A DNA stretch of 64,000 nt from an uncultured Acidobacteriota bacterium. GTDB lineage: Bacteria; Acidobacteriota; UBA6911; RPQK01; JAPXNP01. A program made the translations under genes and the position numbers. The DNA lies in NCBI GenBank assembly GCA_963777605.1, contig CAVZRV010000011.1, positions 224,001 through 288,000 of the forward strand, read 5' to 3'. The notes under the pieces are model-generated. The model was not told the origin of the DNA. It made no database searches and worked only from the letters and a program-made list of their open reading frames with translations. Below, one piece after another: positions 1 through 9,929 of the stretch; position 1 is the first letter of the stretch; the number at the start of each line of letters is the position of its first letter.

Positions 1-710
1 TCGTCGGCGACATCGTTGGAAAGGGCCCGGACTCGCTGGGCGTCCTGCGCTGGGCCTTCGAGCAGCAATCCTCAGTGGAAATGGTTTTGGGAAACCACGA
101 TCTTCACCTGATCAGACGATACCTGGGTTTGCGGGAGGCCAAGGAGTCGGACAACCTGGAGGAAGTGCTGGCAGCACCCGAGATCTCCACTCTGATCGAA
201 TGGCTGTCCCGGCGTCCCCTGTTTCTGGCAACTGGATCATTTCAGGTTATTCACGCAGGCATCCTTCCGCATTGGTCACCGAAGCAAGTCGGCAAGGCTG
301 CGGCCAAGGCGCAGAAGGCACTCAGAAAGGCCCCCTATCCGACCCTGAAACGCGCCGGTGAACGGATTCAGGCGTCCCGCAACGGCCTGGCCGAATTTGC
401 CCTCAAAGTCTTCACGAGCCTGCGCTGTTGTGATTCGAAAGGAGAGCCCAATTTCGACTACACCGGTCCGCCCGACAGCGCTCCCGAAGGGCTCCGGCCC
501 TGGTATTCCTTCTCCGAAATTGAGTCCCGGAGCACGACTTTTCTATTCGGCCACTGGGCCAGACACGGTATCGGAGGGGCAACTCACGCAATCTGCCTCG
601 ACACTTCCTGCGTTTATGGAGGCATGCTGACCGCCCTCCGCCTTCCCGACCAACAACTGATCCAGGTTCCCAACCAGGAGTCGGTGGCAGACACCGATTC
701 CGCCTCTTAA
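1..710 (+). CDS. apaH: Symmetrical bis(5'-nucleosyl)-tetraphosphatase (5' end outside window)
   Basis: Frame open from window start: VGDIVGKGPDSL, LGNHDLHL, IHAGI, FGHWA, LDTSCVYGG metallophosphoesterase/ApaH motifs. Confidence 0.85.
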   Translation, partial: VGDIVGKGPDSLGVLRWAFEQQSSVEMVLGNHDLHLIRRYLGLREAKESDNLEEVLAAPEISTLIEWLSRRPLFLATGSFQVIHAGILPHWSPKQVGKAAAKAQKALRKAPYPTLKRAGERIQASRNGLAEFALKVFTSLRCCDSKGEPNFDYTGPPDSAPEGLRPWYSFSEIESRSTTFLFGHWARHGIGGATHAICLDTSCVYGGMLTALRLPDQQLIQVPNQESVADTDSAS

Positions 711-786
711 ATAGCTTTCAAATCAGTATCTTCCCCAACTCCTGGCATGAAATAGGAGAGAGGTCTGCGACCTGTCTCGGTGGATG

Positions 787-2157
787 TCACCGGATTCCGA
801 GCAATTCGGTTTCCAACGCCTCCAGGGACCGTCCCTTTGTTTCCGGCACGAACGCCCTTGCGAAAAAGAACGAAAAGAGGTTGATCGCACCGTAAAAGAA
901 GAACGTGTACCCGCCGTCCCAGTTGGAGAGCATGATCGGAAAGGTAGCCGTTACCAGGAAATTCCCACCCCAGAGAGCCATCGTCGCCACCGAGACGGCA
1001 ACACCCCGGATGTTGTTCGGGAATATTTCGGAGATCAGCACCCAGAAGATGGGTCCAAACGAGGCCGCGAACGAAGCGATAAAGCCAAGGATGAACAACA
1101 GCACCCAGTAACCACTCAACAGGTCCAGGAAGAAGGTCCCGGACAAAGCAAACAGGGAGAAGGCCATCGCTGCCGTACCTGCAAGAAGTAGGGGGCGCCG
1201 CCCGATACGGTCCACGCACGCCATCGCCAGGATAGTAAAGAGGAAATTCACGGAACCGACAATCGCCGTCTGCAACAGCGCACTGTTGGTCGCAAAACCG
1301 GCCCGCTCGAAGATCAGCGGGGCGTAGTACATGATCACGTTGATTCCGGTGAACTGCTGCAAGATCGCCAGCGCGATACCGATCAGAGTGAGCCGGCGAA
1401 ACCTGGGACGGAGAAGCACCCCGAACGCCATCTTCTCGTCGGCTGAATGTGCATGCCGGATTTCGTCGACCTGTCGCGCAAGTTCCTCCCGGCTCATCCA
1501 TTTAGCAAGGATCGCCTTGGCGTCCTCAATCCTTCCTTTTACCACCAGCCAACGGGGACTTTCAGGGACGAAGAAGAGACAAACCAGAAAAAAAAGGGCC
1601 GGAATGCTCTCAACTCCCAGCATCCAACGCCAGCTGTCGGAACCGATCCGCTCAAGTCCGAAGTTGGAAAAGAAAGACACCAGGATGCCGGTCACGATAG
1701 TGAACTGGTTCAGAGCGACGAGCCTTCCCCGCCGATCGGCGGGTGCGATCTCCGCGATGTAGACCGGAGAGATCACCGACGCCGCTCCGACCCCCACTCC
1801 TCCCACCATCCGGTAGATGACGAACTCGCTGAATCCATGAGCCAGCGCACTTCCGACCGCCGATATCAGAAAGAGCAGCGCCGTGATCATGAGAGTCCGC
1901 TTCCGGCCCAGCAGATCGCCGGGCTTGCCTGCAACCTGAGTACCCAGAATGGCTCCCAGGATCAGGCTGCTGTTGGCCCATCCCAGCATGATGTCACTCA
2001 GGCCGAAGTAGTTCCGGATGAACGGATTCACTCCCGAGATCACGGCAGTGTCGAAACCGAACAGGAATCCGCCGAGAGCTGCCACAATGCTGATCAACAG
2101 AATGTAACTCGGCACAGAGCCATTCCTCCCATTCGCCCAACGGTTCCGGGCGATCAT
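787..2157 (-). CDS. Sugar porter family MFS transporter
   Basis: GGFLFGFDTAVISG, PESPRWL, QQFTGIN, PETKG motifs; about 12 TM segments. Confidence 0.93.
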   Translation of the reverse strand: MIARNRWANGRNGSVPSYILLISIVAALGGFLFGFDTAVISGVNPFIRNYFGLSDIMLGWANSSLILGAILGTQVAGKPGDLLGRKRTLMITALLFLISAVGSALAHGFSEFVIYRMVGGVGVGAASVISPVYIAEIAPADRRGRLVALNQFTIVTGILVSFFSNFGLERIGSDSWRWMLGVESIPALFFLVCLFFVPESPRWLVVKGRIEDAKAILAKWMSREELARQVDEIRHAHSADEKMAFGVLLRPRFRRLTLIGIALAILQQFTGINVIMYYAPLIFERAGFATNSALLQTAIVGSVNFLFTILAMACVDRIGRRPLLLAGTAAMAFSLFALSGTFFLDLLSGYWVLLFILGFIASFAASFGPIFWVLISEIFPNNIRGVAVSVATMALWGGNFLVTATFPIMLSNWDGGYTFFFYGAINLFSFFFARAFVPETKGRSLEALETELLGIR

Positions 2158-2257
2158 AGCGAATGGCGAGAAAGATAGCGAGATGTTGCCTCGCGAGTGG
2201 ACGGTCGATCACAACGCCGAATGAGGGTATGCTGATCTTTTTTTCAGAGGATGAGTC

Positions 2258-3241
2258 ATGGAAAACAGGCGTCACTGGTTTAAGAAGTCGCTGGCTGCGG
2301 GTCTTGCAGCCACTTTCGGAAGGAAGATCGGGGCACAGAACCACGGCACCTCGCGACCGGACTCGGGCCCGGTCATCGTCTCAACCTGGGACCACGGGCT
2401 TCCCGCCAATGAAGAGGCCTGGAAGACCCTCCAGCAGGGCCTGCGGCCGCTCGACGCCGCCGAGGCGGGCGTTCGTGTTGTCGAAGCCGACCCCAAGGTG
2501 ACAACCGTTGGGCTCGGTGGGTACCCGGACCGTGACGGTTACGTGACGCTGGATGCCTGCATCATGGACGAGACCGGAAATGCCGGTTCAGTTGCCTTTC
2601 TGCAACATATCGTCCACCCGATCAGCGTGGCACGCAAAGTTATGGAAGACACGCCCCACGTGATGCTGGTCGGCGAGGGAGCCCTGCAATTTGCCCTGGA
2701 ACAGGGCTTCAAGAAGGAGAACCTGCTCACTCCTGAAGCCGAAAAGGCCTGGAAAGATTGGCTGAAGGCGAGCGTCTACCACCCTGTCGCAAACATCGAA
2801 AACCACGACACCATCAGCCTGCTGGCTCTCGACGGCTCGGGTAAGATGGCTGGCGCCTGCACTACCAGTGGGGCGGCGTTCAAAATGCACGGTCGCGTGG
2901 GTGATTCTCCGATCATCGGAGCCGGGCTGTACGTTGACAACGAAGTCGGCGGCGCCTGTGCGACCGGGCTCGGAGAACTCGTCATGACGACGGTCGGCAG
3001 TCACTCGGTAGTCGAACTCATGCGCAGTGGAATGTCCCCACAACAAGCCTGCGTCCGGGCGGTGGAGCGGATCATGTCCAAGTATGGGCGGAAGCTTCGC
3101 GCCGATGACCAGATGCAGGTCGGCTACCTGGCGATGAACGTCAAGGGAGAGTACGGGGCGTTTGCCATTCGACCCGGATTCACCTATGCGGTGAGGACGG
3201 CTAAAGGCGCCCAACTGCTGAAGGCGGACAACCTGCTGTAA
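2258..3241 (+). CDS. N(4)-(beta-N-acetylglucosaminyl)-L-asparaginase (glycosylasparaginase), Tat-like leader
   Basis: VGLGGYPD, LDACIMD, HD|TI autocleavage site, GRVGDSPIIGAG; N-terminal RRxWFK. Confidence 0.9.
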   Translation: MENRRHWFKKSLAAGLAATFGRKIGAQNHGTSRPDSGPVIVSTWDHGLPANEEAWKTLQQGLRPLDAAEAGVRVVEADPKVTTVGLGGYPDRDGYVTLDACIMDETGNAGSVAFLQHIVHPISVARKVMEDTPHVMLVGEGALQFALEQGFKKENLLTPEAEKAWKDWLKASVYHPVANIENHDTISLLALDGSGKMAGACTTSGAAFKMHGRVGDSPIIGAGLYVDNEVGGACATGLGELVMTTVGSHSVVELMRSGMSPQQACVRAVERIMSKYGRKLRADDQMQVGYLAMNVKGEYGAFAIRPGFTYAVRTAKGAQLLKADNLL

Positions 3242-3267
3242 CCGGGCTTGGGAACGCCAGTCTCAGG

Positions 3268-4215
3268 TCAGCCGATCGGAATCCGGTCCTTGTTCTCAGC
3301 CAACCACTGAGAGAACGTCCGCAGAGCGGGATCAAGCGATCGAGCAACTTTCGGGTCCCGTGCGCCGCAGAAGTAATCCTCGAAATCTCGCTTGAACTGA
3401 AACATGTTTCCGAGATCATCGGCACCCGGGAATCCGAGGTTTCGGTACGCGTCCGGAGATATTGAATTGTAGTGGACTTCCTGGCCAAGGGCTTCACCGA
3501 GGGCCCGGGCCATTTCGGAACCGGTGAGGTGCTCGCCCGCGATACCCACGGTTCTGCCGATCCATTCAGCCCCCTGCGTGAAAATCCCGTAAGCGCACCG
3601 GCCAATGTCTTCCGCGGCGATTCCGGGAAGCTTCTTGTCCCCCATGGGGAGGGTGAACTGGAGCACCCCTTCCGAATCTCTCTTGGGGCCCATTCCGAAG
3701 TGGACCAGGTTGTCCCAATAGAACGAAGTCAGCAGGAAGGTCGTCGGCACGCCCAGTTCCGTAAACGTCTCATTCGACTGCCCCTTGGCGTCAAAATGCG
3801 GGACTTTGTAAGCTCCCATCAACGTCGGCATTCGCGAGTCGTCCAGGGGGACCCAACGCCTCGTGTCCTCCAGCGTAGACCAGATTACGTGTTTCGCGCC
3901 AACTGCCTTCGCCGCCTCGGCCATCGCCCGCACCTCCGCGATCTCCTTTTCCGGTGAGAAGTGCTCCCAATAAAATGTGACGCAGTAGATCCCGTGGGCT
4001 CCGGCGAACGCGTTTCTCAGACTCTCGGCATCGTCGATATCGGCCGCAACGACCTCCGCACCAAGTTCCGCAAGCTGTCGGGCGTTCGTTGAATCGGGGT
4101 TCCGAGTCAGGGCGCGCACCTTGAACCCGCCTTTCGGGTCCTCCAGAATGGCTCTGACCAGGCCGCCACCTTGGGCTCCCGTCGCACCAACAACCGCAAT
4201 TGTCTTTTCCGGCAT
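3268..4215 (-). CDS. NmrA/HSCARG family NAD(P)-binding protein
   Basis: VVGATGAQGG, VRALTRN, VPHFDAK. Confidence 0.9.
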   Translation of the reverse strand: MPEKTIAVVGATGAQGGGLVRAILEDPKGGFKVRALTRNPDSTNARQLAELGAEVVAADIDDAESLRNAFAGAHGIYCVTFYWEHFSPEKEIAEVRAMAEAAKAVGAKHVIWSTLEDTRRWVPLDDSRMPTLMGAYKVPHFDAKGQSNETFTELGVPTTFLLTSFYWDNLVHFGMGPKRDSEGVLQFTLPMGDKKLPGIAAEDIGRCAYGIFTQGAEWIGRTVGIAGEHLTGSEMARALGEALGQEVHYNSISPDAYRNLGFPGADDLGNMFQFKRDFEDYFCGARDPKVARSLDPALRTFSQWLAENKDRIPIG

Positions 4216-4375
4216 ATGTGGTTTCTCCCTCGTGAGGTTTTAGTCCTGGGGATTGGCTGTTGTTCAGTTATATGATCAATTGGTCGCGACGGTTGCACGC
4301 CGGGAGGGGAAAGCCGCAAGCGCCCCCCTGCCCCGCGTCAAGTCGGTGGAATGACTTTCGGTAAAGGAGAGACTG

Positions 4376-5713
4376 GTGAATACCGAGACACTGGCAAAGC
4401 TGCACGAGGATGCACTCGACATCTTCCTTGCCGCTCTCAGGGCTGTGGACCCCAACGCAGTTGTCCAGTCGAAGGTCCGTGTTGTGGACGACACCCTGTT
4501 CATCGGAGATCGCACCTACGACCTGAACGCCTTCGAGCGGATCCTCGTCGTCGGGGCGGGCAAAGCATCAGCGGCGATGGCGCAGGCTCTCGAAACGGTC
4601 CTCGGCGAACGGATTTCCGGTGGAGTTGTCAATGTCAAGATCGGGCACACGGTCGCTTTGCAGTCGATTGAACTGGTCGAGGCTAATCATCCGGTGCCTG
4701 ACGAGATGGGCCTCGAGGGAACTCACCGAATCATCGACCTGGTCAGTAACGCGACCGAGAAGGACCTCATCCTCTGCCTGATTTCCGGTGGAGGGTCTGC
4801 CCTTCTTCCGAGTCCGGGACCCGGCCTGAGTCTGGAGGACAAGCAGAGGACGACCCGCCTTCTCCTGCGATGCGGCGCGACCATTCAGGAAATCAATGCC
4901 ATCCGGAAACACATCTCGGGAGTGAAAGGGGGCCGACTGGCTCGACTCGCTTTCCCCGCAACCATGGTCTCGTTGATTCTTTCAGACGTCATCGGAGACG
5001 ACCTCGACAGTATCGCGTCAGGACCCACGGTCCCGGATCCCACCACTTTCTCGGAGTGCATGGAAATCGTTCAAAAATATGGAATCCTGGACGATCTTCC
5101 GGGGCCCGTGAAAGCGCTTCTGGAAATGGGCATCCAGGGCGCTGTTCCAGAGACCCCGAAACCGGGAGACCCGGTATTTGCGCGGACCCACAACGCCATC
5201 ATCGGCAACAACCTGCTCGCAGTGTCTACCGCGGAAACCCGTGCCCGTGAACTCGGCTATCATGCCCTCGTTCTCTCCACCATGATCGAGGGCGAAACCC
5301 GTGACGTGGCACTCGTTCACGCAGCCATCGCCAAGGAGATTCGAAAGAGTGGACGGCCGCTGGCGGCGCCGGCCTGTGTGATTTCGGGCGGTGAAACCAC
5401 CGTAACGATCCGGGGAGAGGGCGTGGGGGGAAGAAACCAGGAATTCGCCCTGGCGGCGGCGCTCGAAATCGACGGGTGGCCTGACCTGGTCATCCTGAGC
5501 GGCGGAACCGACGGAACCGACGGACCCACCGACGCCGCCGGTGCCGTAGCGGACGGCACGACCGTCCAGAGAGCGCGTGCCATGGGATACGAGGCCAAGG
5601 ACTACCTGCGCAACAATGACTCCTACAACTTCTTCAAGCCGATTCGTGGACTGCTGATCACCGGTCCCACGCTGACCAACGTCATGGATCTCAGGCTGGT
5701 GCTGGTTCGATAG
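4376..5713 (+). CDS. Glycerate 2-kinase (TtuD/GckA, MOFRL family)
   Basis: GAGKAS, LISGGGSAL, SDVIGDD..IASGPT, GGETTV, GGRNQE, GTDGTDG, TNVMD. Confidence 0.92.
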   Translation: MNTETLAKLHEDALDIFLAALRAVDPNAVVQSKVRVVDDTLFIGDRTYDLNAFERILVVGAGKASAAMAQALETVLGERISGGVVNVKIGHTVALQSIELVEANHPVPDEMGLEGTHRIIDLVSNATEKDLILCLISGGGSALLPSPGPGLSLEDKQRTTRLLLRCGATIQEINAIRKHISGVKGGRLARLAFPATMVSLILSDVIGDDLDSIASGPTVPDPTTFSECMEIVQKYGILDDLPGPVKALLEMGIQGAVPETPKPGDPVFARTHNAIIGNNLLAVSTAETRARELGYHALVLSTMIEGETRDVALVHAAIAKEIRKSGRPLAAPACVISGGETTVTIRGEGVGGRNQEFALAAALEIDGWPDLVILSGGTDGTDGPTDAAGAVADGTTVQRARAMGYEAKDYLRNNDSYNFFKPIRGLLITGPTLTNVMDLRLVLVR

Positions 5714-5793
5714 CGAAAGTCCGCGGAGAAGCAGGGTTTCGTTTACCCGTCCTCCTTGGTTCCGTCCGGACCGAGAGGATAGGGTTAACCCGG

Positions 5794-7032
5794 CTACAGC
5801 ATTTCGTACAACCCAATAATTCCCGAAAAGGCCATCCCGACCGAGAAGATGAAGGTGGCGACACAACCGATATTCAGCCAAAGGCCGGCCTTGTATTTCC
5901 CCATCACCTTCCGGTTGTTCAGGAGAATCAGGATCGCCAGTGCGACAAATGGCATCAGCGTGGCCTGAAAGGCTTGGGACGCAATCATCACGAAAACTGG
6001 GCGGGCACCGAAGATCGGCACGACGAGTCCCAGGAGAAGGGCGACGCCCGCGAGGATTCGGTACATCGGAGACTTGATGTTGCGGGGCCGGTTCGTGTAG
6101 TCGGAAATCAGCCACGGGGCAATCAGAACAATCGGGAAAACCGTCGAAATGCCGGCACTGACGATTCCGATAACGAACAGGCTGATCGCGAAAGAGCCTG
6201 CCATGGGTTCGAGCGTCTTTACCATGTCGATGGCCCGCTCCACGGGAATCCCTGCCGGATACAGGGTCCCGGCCGCCGAGGCCATCACCGCTGCACTCAA
6301 CAGAAGCATGAGGGTTGCCGAAACGAAGGCATCGCGCCTTTCTAAGGGGAGATGAGTCTGATCCCAGCCTTTTTCCTGAACCACGATGCTGCGCATCACG
6401 AAGACGACTGCAGAGAGCGTGGTCCCGGCCATGCCGGCGGCGATGAGGTGGGCATTTTCCTCCGCCGGCATGGAAGGTACCAAACCTTGGGCCATCTGCC
6501 CGAAATCGGGAACCACCAGAACCATGCTCGAGACGAAACTGGCTCCCATGATCCCGACCAGGACCATCAGGATCCGCTCGAAACGCAGATAGCCCCCGGT
6601 CCAGAAGAGGTAGTAGAGACCGACCATGATCGCAGCCGTGACGATCACTTCGTTGACGTGGCTTGCGGTCATGTAGAACACCCACTCGTCAATGAGGTTC
6701 ACCACGATTCCAAAGATGCCCATCAGCGCGGTCAACTCCCCGATAATGAGCCCGATAACCATAAAGATCGCCAGGCCATTCCCGAATAGCACCCGATAGC
6801 TGCTGATCGCGGTGTTGCCGGAAACCAGAGAATACCGCCCGTAAGCAACAAGCATCACGTAAGTGAAAACGCAGGACAGGAACAGGGCCCAGAAGAGCGA
6901 CATCCCATAACGGGAACCGGACGCCGCCATTGTTGTGACACTTCCCGTCCCGATGTTGTAGCCCATCAGGAAAATCCCCGGCCCCACCGACGAGAGCCCC
7001 AACGCAAACTTCTTCGAAATCTTCATCCACAT
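5794..7032 (-). CDS. NRAMP-family (SLC11-like) divalent metal transporter
   Basis: GPGIF..GYNIGTGSVTT motif; about 11 hydrophobic helices. Confidence 0.8.
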   Translation of the reverse strand: MWMKISKKFALGLSSVGPGIFLMGYNIGTGSVTTMAASGSRYGMSLFWALFLSCVFTYVMLVAYGRYSLVSGNTAISSYRVLFGNGLAIFMVIGLIIGELTALMGIFGIVVNLIDEWVFYMTASHVNEVIVTAAIMVGLYYLFWTGGYLRFERILMVLVGIMGASFVSSMVLVVPDFGQMAQGLVPSMPAEENAHLIAAGMAGTTLSAVVFVMRSIVVQEKGWDQTHLPLERRDAFVSATLMLLLSAAVMASAAGTLYPAGIPVERAIDMVKTLEPMAGSFAISLFVIGIVSAGISTVFPIVLIAPWLISDYTNRPRNIKSPMYRILAGVALLLGLVVPIFGARPVFVMIASQAFQATLMPFVALAILILLNNRKVMGKYKAGLWLNIGCVATFIFSVGMAFSGIIGLYEML

Positions 7033-7058
7033 TCCCCCGCAGTTCTGCGTTCAGCTCA

Positions 7059-7799
7059 TCAGTTTAGGACGAAACGAACCGTGACGGTAGCAATCACAGG
7101 AACAGGTTCGCCATTGAGTAGCGTCGGAGAGTACTTCCACTGAGAGACGGCATCCACTGCGGCAGCGTTCAAGAGGGGGTGCCCACGAATCAAGCGCACG
7201 TTCTCGACACTGCCCTCGGCTCCGACCTGGACCTCGAGAAGGACTACGCCCTGAATCCGGGCACGGCGGGCAATCTCCGGGTAGGACGGCTCCACCCGTC
7301 GGATCAGCTTGGCCGCCTGAACGGTTCCACCGACCCGAATCGGCGCCTTGGCTGCAGGAGGAGGTGGGAGGGGTGGGGGTGGGGCGGACGAGAGCCCTTC
7401 CGGGAAAGAAGGGCCAATCGCTCCCCCAGAAATCCCGAAAACTAAACCTGCCGGCAGGCCGGGCCCGTTCCCGTAGGCGAAGGCATCAACCATTGGCGGT
7501 TCAGCATCGGGAGACGGAATCGTATCCGGAACCGCGGCAGGAGGCACCCATGGACTGGCAGGCACAACCCTGGGAACACTCTGACGGACCGGCGGCGCAT
7601 CGGTCATCGGAGAAGGGGGCGGAGGCGGAGGCGGTTCAGCACTGAAGAGAGTTGTTACACTCCGGAAATCGGGCAGCCGATCGTAGTAGAGGAGCGGGAG
7701 AACGATCAAACTGCCGAGCAGAACAAAATGAACGCCAAAGGAGAGCAGTAAAGCACGCCTGTCCCGGGCGGAAACCGGCTTCGAGAAGTCGTTAAACAT
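7059..7799 (-). CDS. tonB: Energy transducer TonB
   Basis: N-terminal TM with SxxxH, Pro-rich linker, YPEIARRARIQGVV C-terminal domain. Confidence 0.9.
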   Translation of the reverse strand: MFNDFSKPVSARDRRALLLSFGVHFVLLGSLIVLPLLYYDRLPDFRSVTTLFSAEPPPPPPPSPMTDAPPVRQSVPRVVPASPWVPPAAVPDTIPSPDAEPPMVDAFAYGNGPGLPAGLVFGISGGAIGPSFPEGLSSAPPPPLPPPPAAKAPIRVGGTVQAAKLIRRVEPSYPEIARRARIQGVVLLEVQVGAEGSVENVRLIRGHPLLNAAAVDAVSQWKYSPTLLNGEPVPVIATVTVRFVLN

Positions 7800-8013
7800 G
7801 GTTCCAGTCCTTTCTACTTGGCAGAGCCAGGAGAGAGACCCCTCGAGAGATCCAATTACTTGCCGGCTAACAACTTGGAGTCAACATCGAAGAATTTGTT
7901 CCGTCCTTTTCACCGCCGGAGCACTCCCTGGCTGGACTCGCGGCGATCCAGACTCGATTCCCAGGTGACGTCCCGGTATGTTGATCGTGGAAAATGACAC
8001 GCCTTCCCGAAAA

Positions 8014-8865
8014 CTATTTCGAAGTCGGTAGCCGAGAAATCTTGACCCAATCTACGTAGAGATGCTGGACGTCATACTGGAAGTCGCCGGACCAGACGGC
8101 GGGCCAGTTGCCGACCCAAAGCTGGGCAGGAGATTTCGGGATGTTGCGAGTCGAGGTGTGAAGCAACCGGCCGTCAACATAGAATTCGACCCTCGGCGGA
8201 CCGTTGCTCCCGTCATACCAGTCCCAGCGATAGATGTGGAACTGGCCGTCGTTCTGGGCGAAACCCATATCCTCAGATTTGGCGCTGATGTGCGCCGGTC
8301 CCGGGTAGTAGGTATTCAGGCCGCCCCATCGAGACCAGTCGGAACCTTCCGCCTTTCCGTTCGCGGGCATCTCGATATCAATTTCTGTGTAGTCATCGGA
8401 AGTCTCCAGATAGTTCCAGATGCAGGAACATCCTCCGGGCAGTGGCAGGTTCTTCATTCGAACCTCGTAGGATCCGGCTCCATACTTTTCCCGGGTGATC
8501 ACCAACCCTCCGACCCGCGTCCCCACCTCGGTTCGTTCGTATCGCCGCGGATCACCGGCCGGAAACTGCCCGGAGTCCTTCGCCCGGCGAACGCCTTTGA
8601 TAGGTCCCGTGTAGAAGTCGCCGTGGGCCTCGGTATCGAGAACGGTTATTGGACGGCCGTTGTCTTCCAGGATACCGGGCCGTACATTCTCGGGAACTAC
8701 GCCGTTGTTGTTGGGGCCCCACTGGTGCAGCCCGGCTATCCAGAGATTGGAGTCAAGCTGCGGTCCGTCGAAGTCGTCAAAGAAGAGAACTTCTGCAGAG
8801 GACTTTTCCTGGACGGGAACAACCGGGAGCAACCAAAACAAGAGAAAGAGATAAGCCACGATCAC
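8014..8865 (-). CDS. Secreted glycoside hydrolase family 16
   Basis: Signal peptide, FFDDFDG, catalytic EIDIE, VDWVKI. Confidence 0.85.
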   Translation of the reverse strand: MIVAYLFLLFWLLPVVPVQEKSSAEVLFFDDFDGPQLDSNLWIAGLHQWGPNNNGVVPENVRPGILEDNGRPITVLDTEAHGDFYTGPIKGVRRAKDSGQFPAGDPRRYERTEVGTRVGGLVITREKYGAGSYEVRMKNLPLPGGCSCIWNYLETSDDYTEIDIEMPANGKAEGSDWSRWGGLNTYYPGPAHISAKSEDMGFAQNDGQFHIYRWDWYDGSNGPPRVEFYVDGRLLHTSTRNIPKSPAQLWVGNWPAVWSGDFQYDVQHLYVDWVKISRLPTSK

Positions 8866-9052
8866 CTCTCCTTCGGGTCACATGCGACCCCAAGTAGAAA
8901 CCATTATTTGATCCGTTGGGAGACAAATCGCATCTGAATATATGAGCACATTCGAGAATGCGCAAAGGCATTCGAGAGATGAGCGAACGAGATTGGAACC
9001 GGTCGGCTCGCCCGCGGGTCGATCGTGATCAGAAAAAATGGGAGTTTGAACA

Positions 9053-9589
9053 ATGAGACACAAAATACAAATGATTTTCCTGGTTCTTGCCATGGTTCTC
9101 GCGCCGGTCTCGGTGGCAATGGCAGCCCCGGCCCAGGCGGGAACAACCTTGACTCCGCTCCAGGATCAGGTGCGTCACGCTCTTGTGATGCTGCCGTATT
9201 ATAACGTTTTCGATAATCTCCAGTTCCAGGTTGAAGGAAGTCAGGTAATTCTGAGTGGACAGGTCGTGAGACCGACGCTGAAGTCTGAGGCCGAAAGCGC
9301 GGTCAAGCGACTTCCGAACGTTACGGCGGTCGAGAACAACATCGAAGTGTTGCCCTTGTCTCCGATTGACAACCGCATCCGCCTTGCCACATACCGGGCC
9401 ATCTACCGGAACGTCACCTTCACAAGATATGCGATCCAGCCCGTTCCGCCGATCCACATTATTGTGAAGAACGGGAAGGTGACACTGGTCGGAGTTGTTG
9501 CAAGTAGCGGAGACAAGATCATCGCCAACATTAGTGCGCGTTCGGTTCCCGGAGTCTTCTCCGTCGTCAACGATCTTCGAGTCGCCTGA
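9053..9589 (+). CDS. Periplasmic dual BON-domain protein
   Basis: Signal peptide; two BON repeats (VILSGQV...VENNIEV; VTLVGVV...VVNDLRV). Confidence 0.88.
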   Translation: MRHKIQMIFLVLAMVLAPVSVAMAAPAQAGTTLTPLQDQVRHALVMLPYYNVFDNLQFQVEGSQVILSGQVVRPTLKSEAESAVKRLPNVTAVENNIEVLPLSPIDNRIRLATYRAIYRNVTFTRYAIQPVPPIHIIVKNGKVTLVGVVASSGDKIIANISARSVPGVFSVVNDLRVA

Positions 9590-9639
9590 TCGGCGATCGG
9601 AAATCATCGTTTGAGAACGCACTCTGACAGTGCATGATC

Positions 9640-9675
9640 CATCCGTCAAGGCCCTGATCAGGGCCTTGACGGATG
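9640..9675. repeat. 36-bp perfect palindrome
   Basis: catccgtcaaggccctga|tcagggccttgacggatg, with outer cagtgcat/atgcactg arms. Confidence 0.9.
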
Positions 9676-9929
9676 CACTGCTTCTCACTCCCGGCCAAAA
9701 GAGCGCCCCAACCCTTTCCTCGCCAGCGACCCACGGGGAATACCTCCCGCAAATAGACCCTGACAATGAGACCATAGTTCGGAGGGCCGCTATTCTGGCG
9801 GAAAGGCAGAGATCCAGGCTTTAAAGTGACATCTCAGGAAATTGACCATATATTGATTCTGTTCCCAGGAGGCGGTTGACGACGTTTGCCTCCACCAGGT
9901 CGATCGAGCCAACTTGTGGACAAAGGACG

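Noticed and set aside
5018-6685. Long alternative-frame ORFs (also 14726-15829, 39246-40367, 49311-50801, 62727-63926)
   Set aside because: Shadow frames of real high-GC genes with no recognisable motifs
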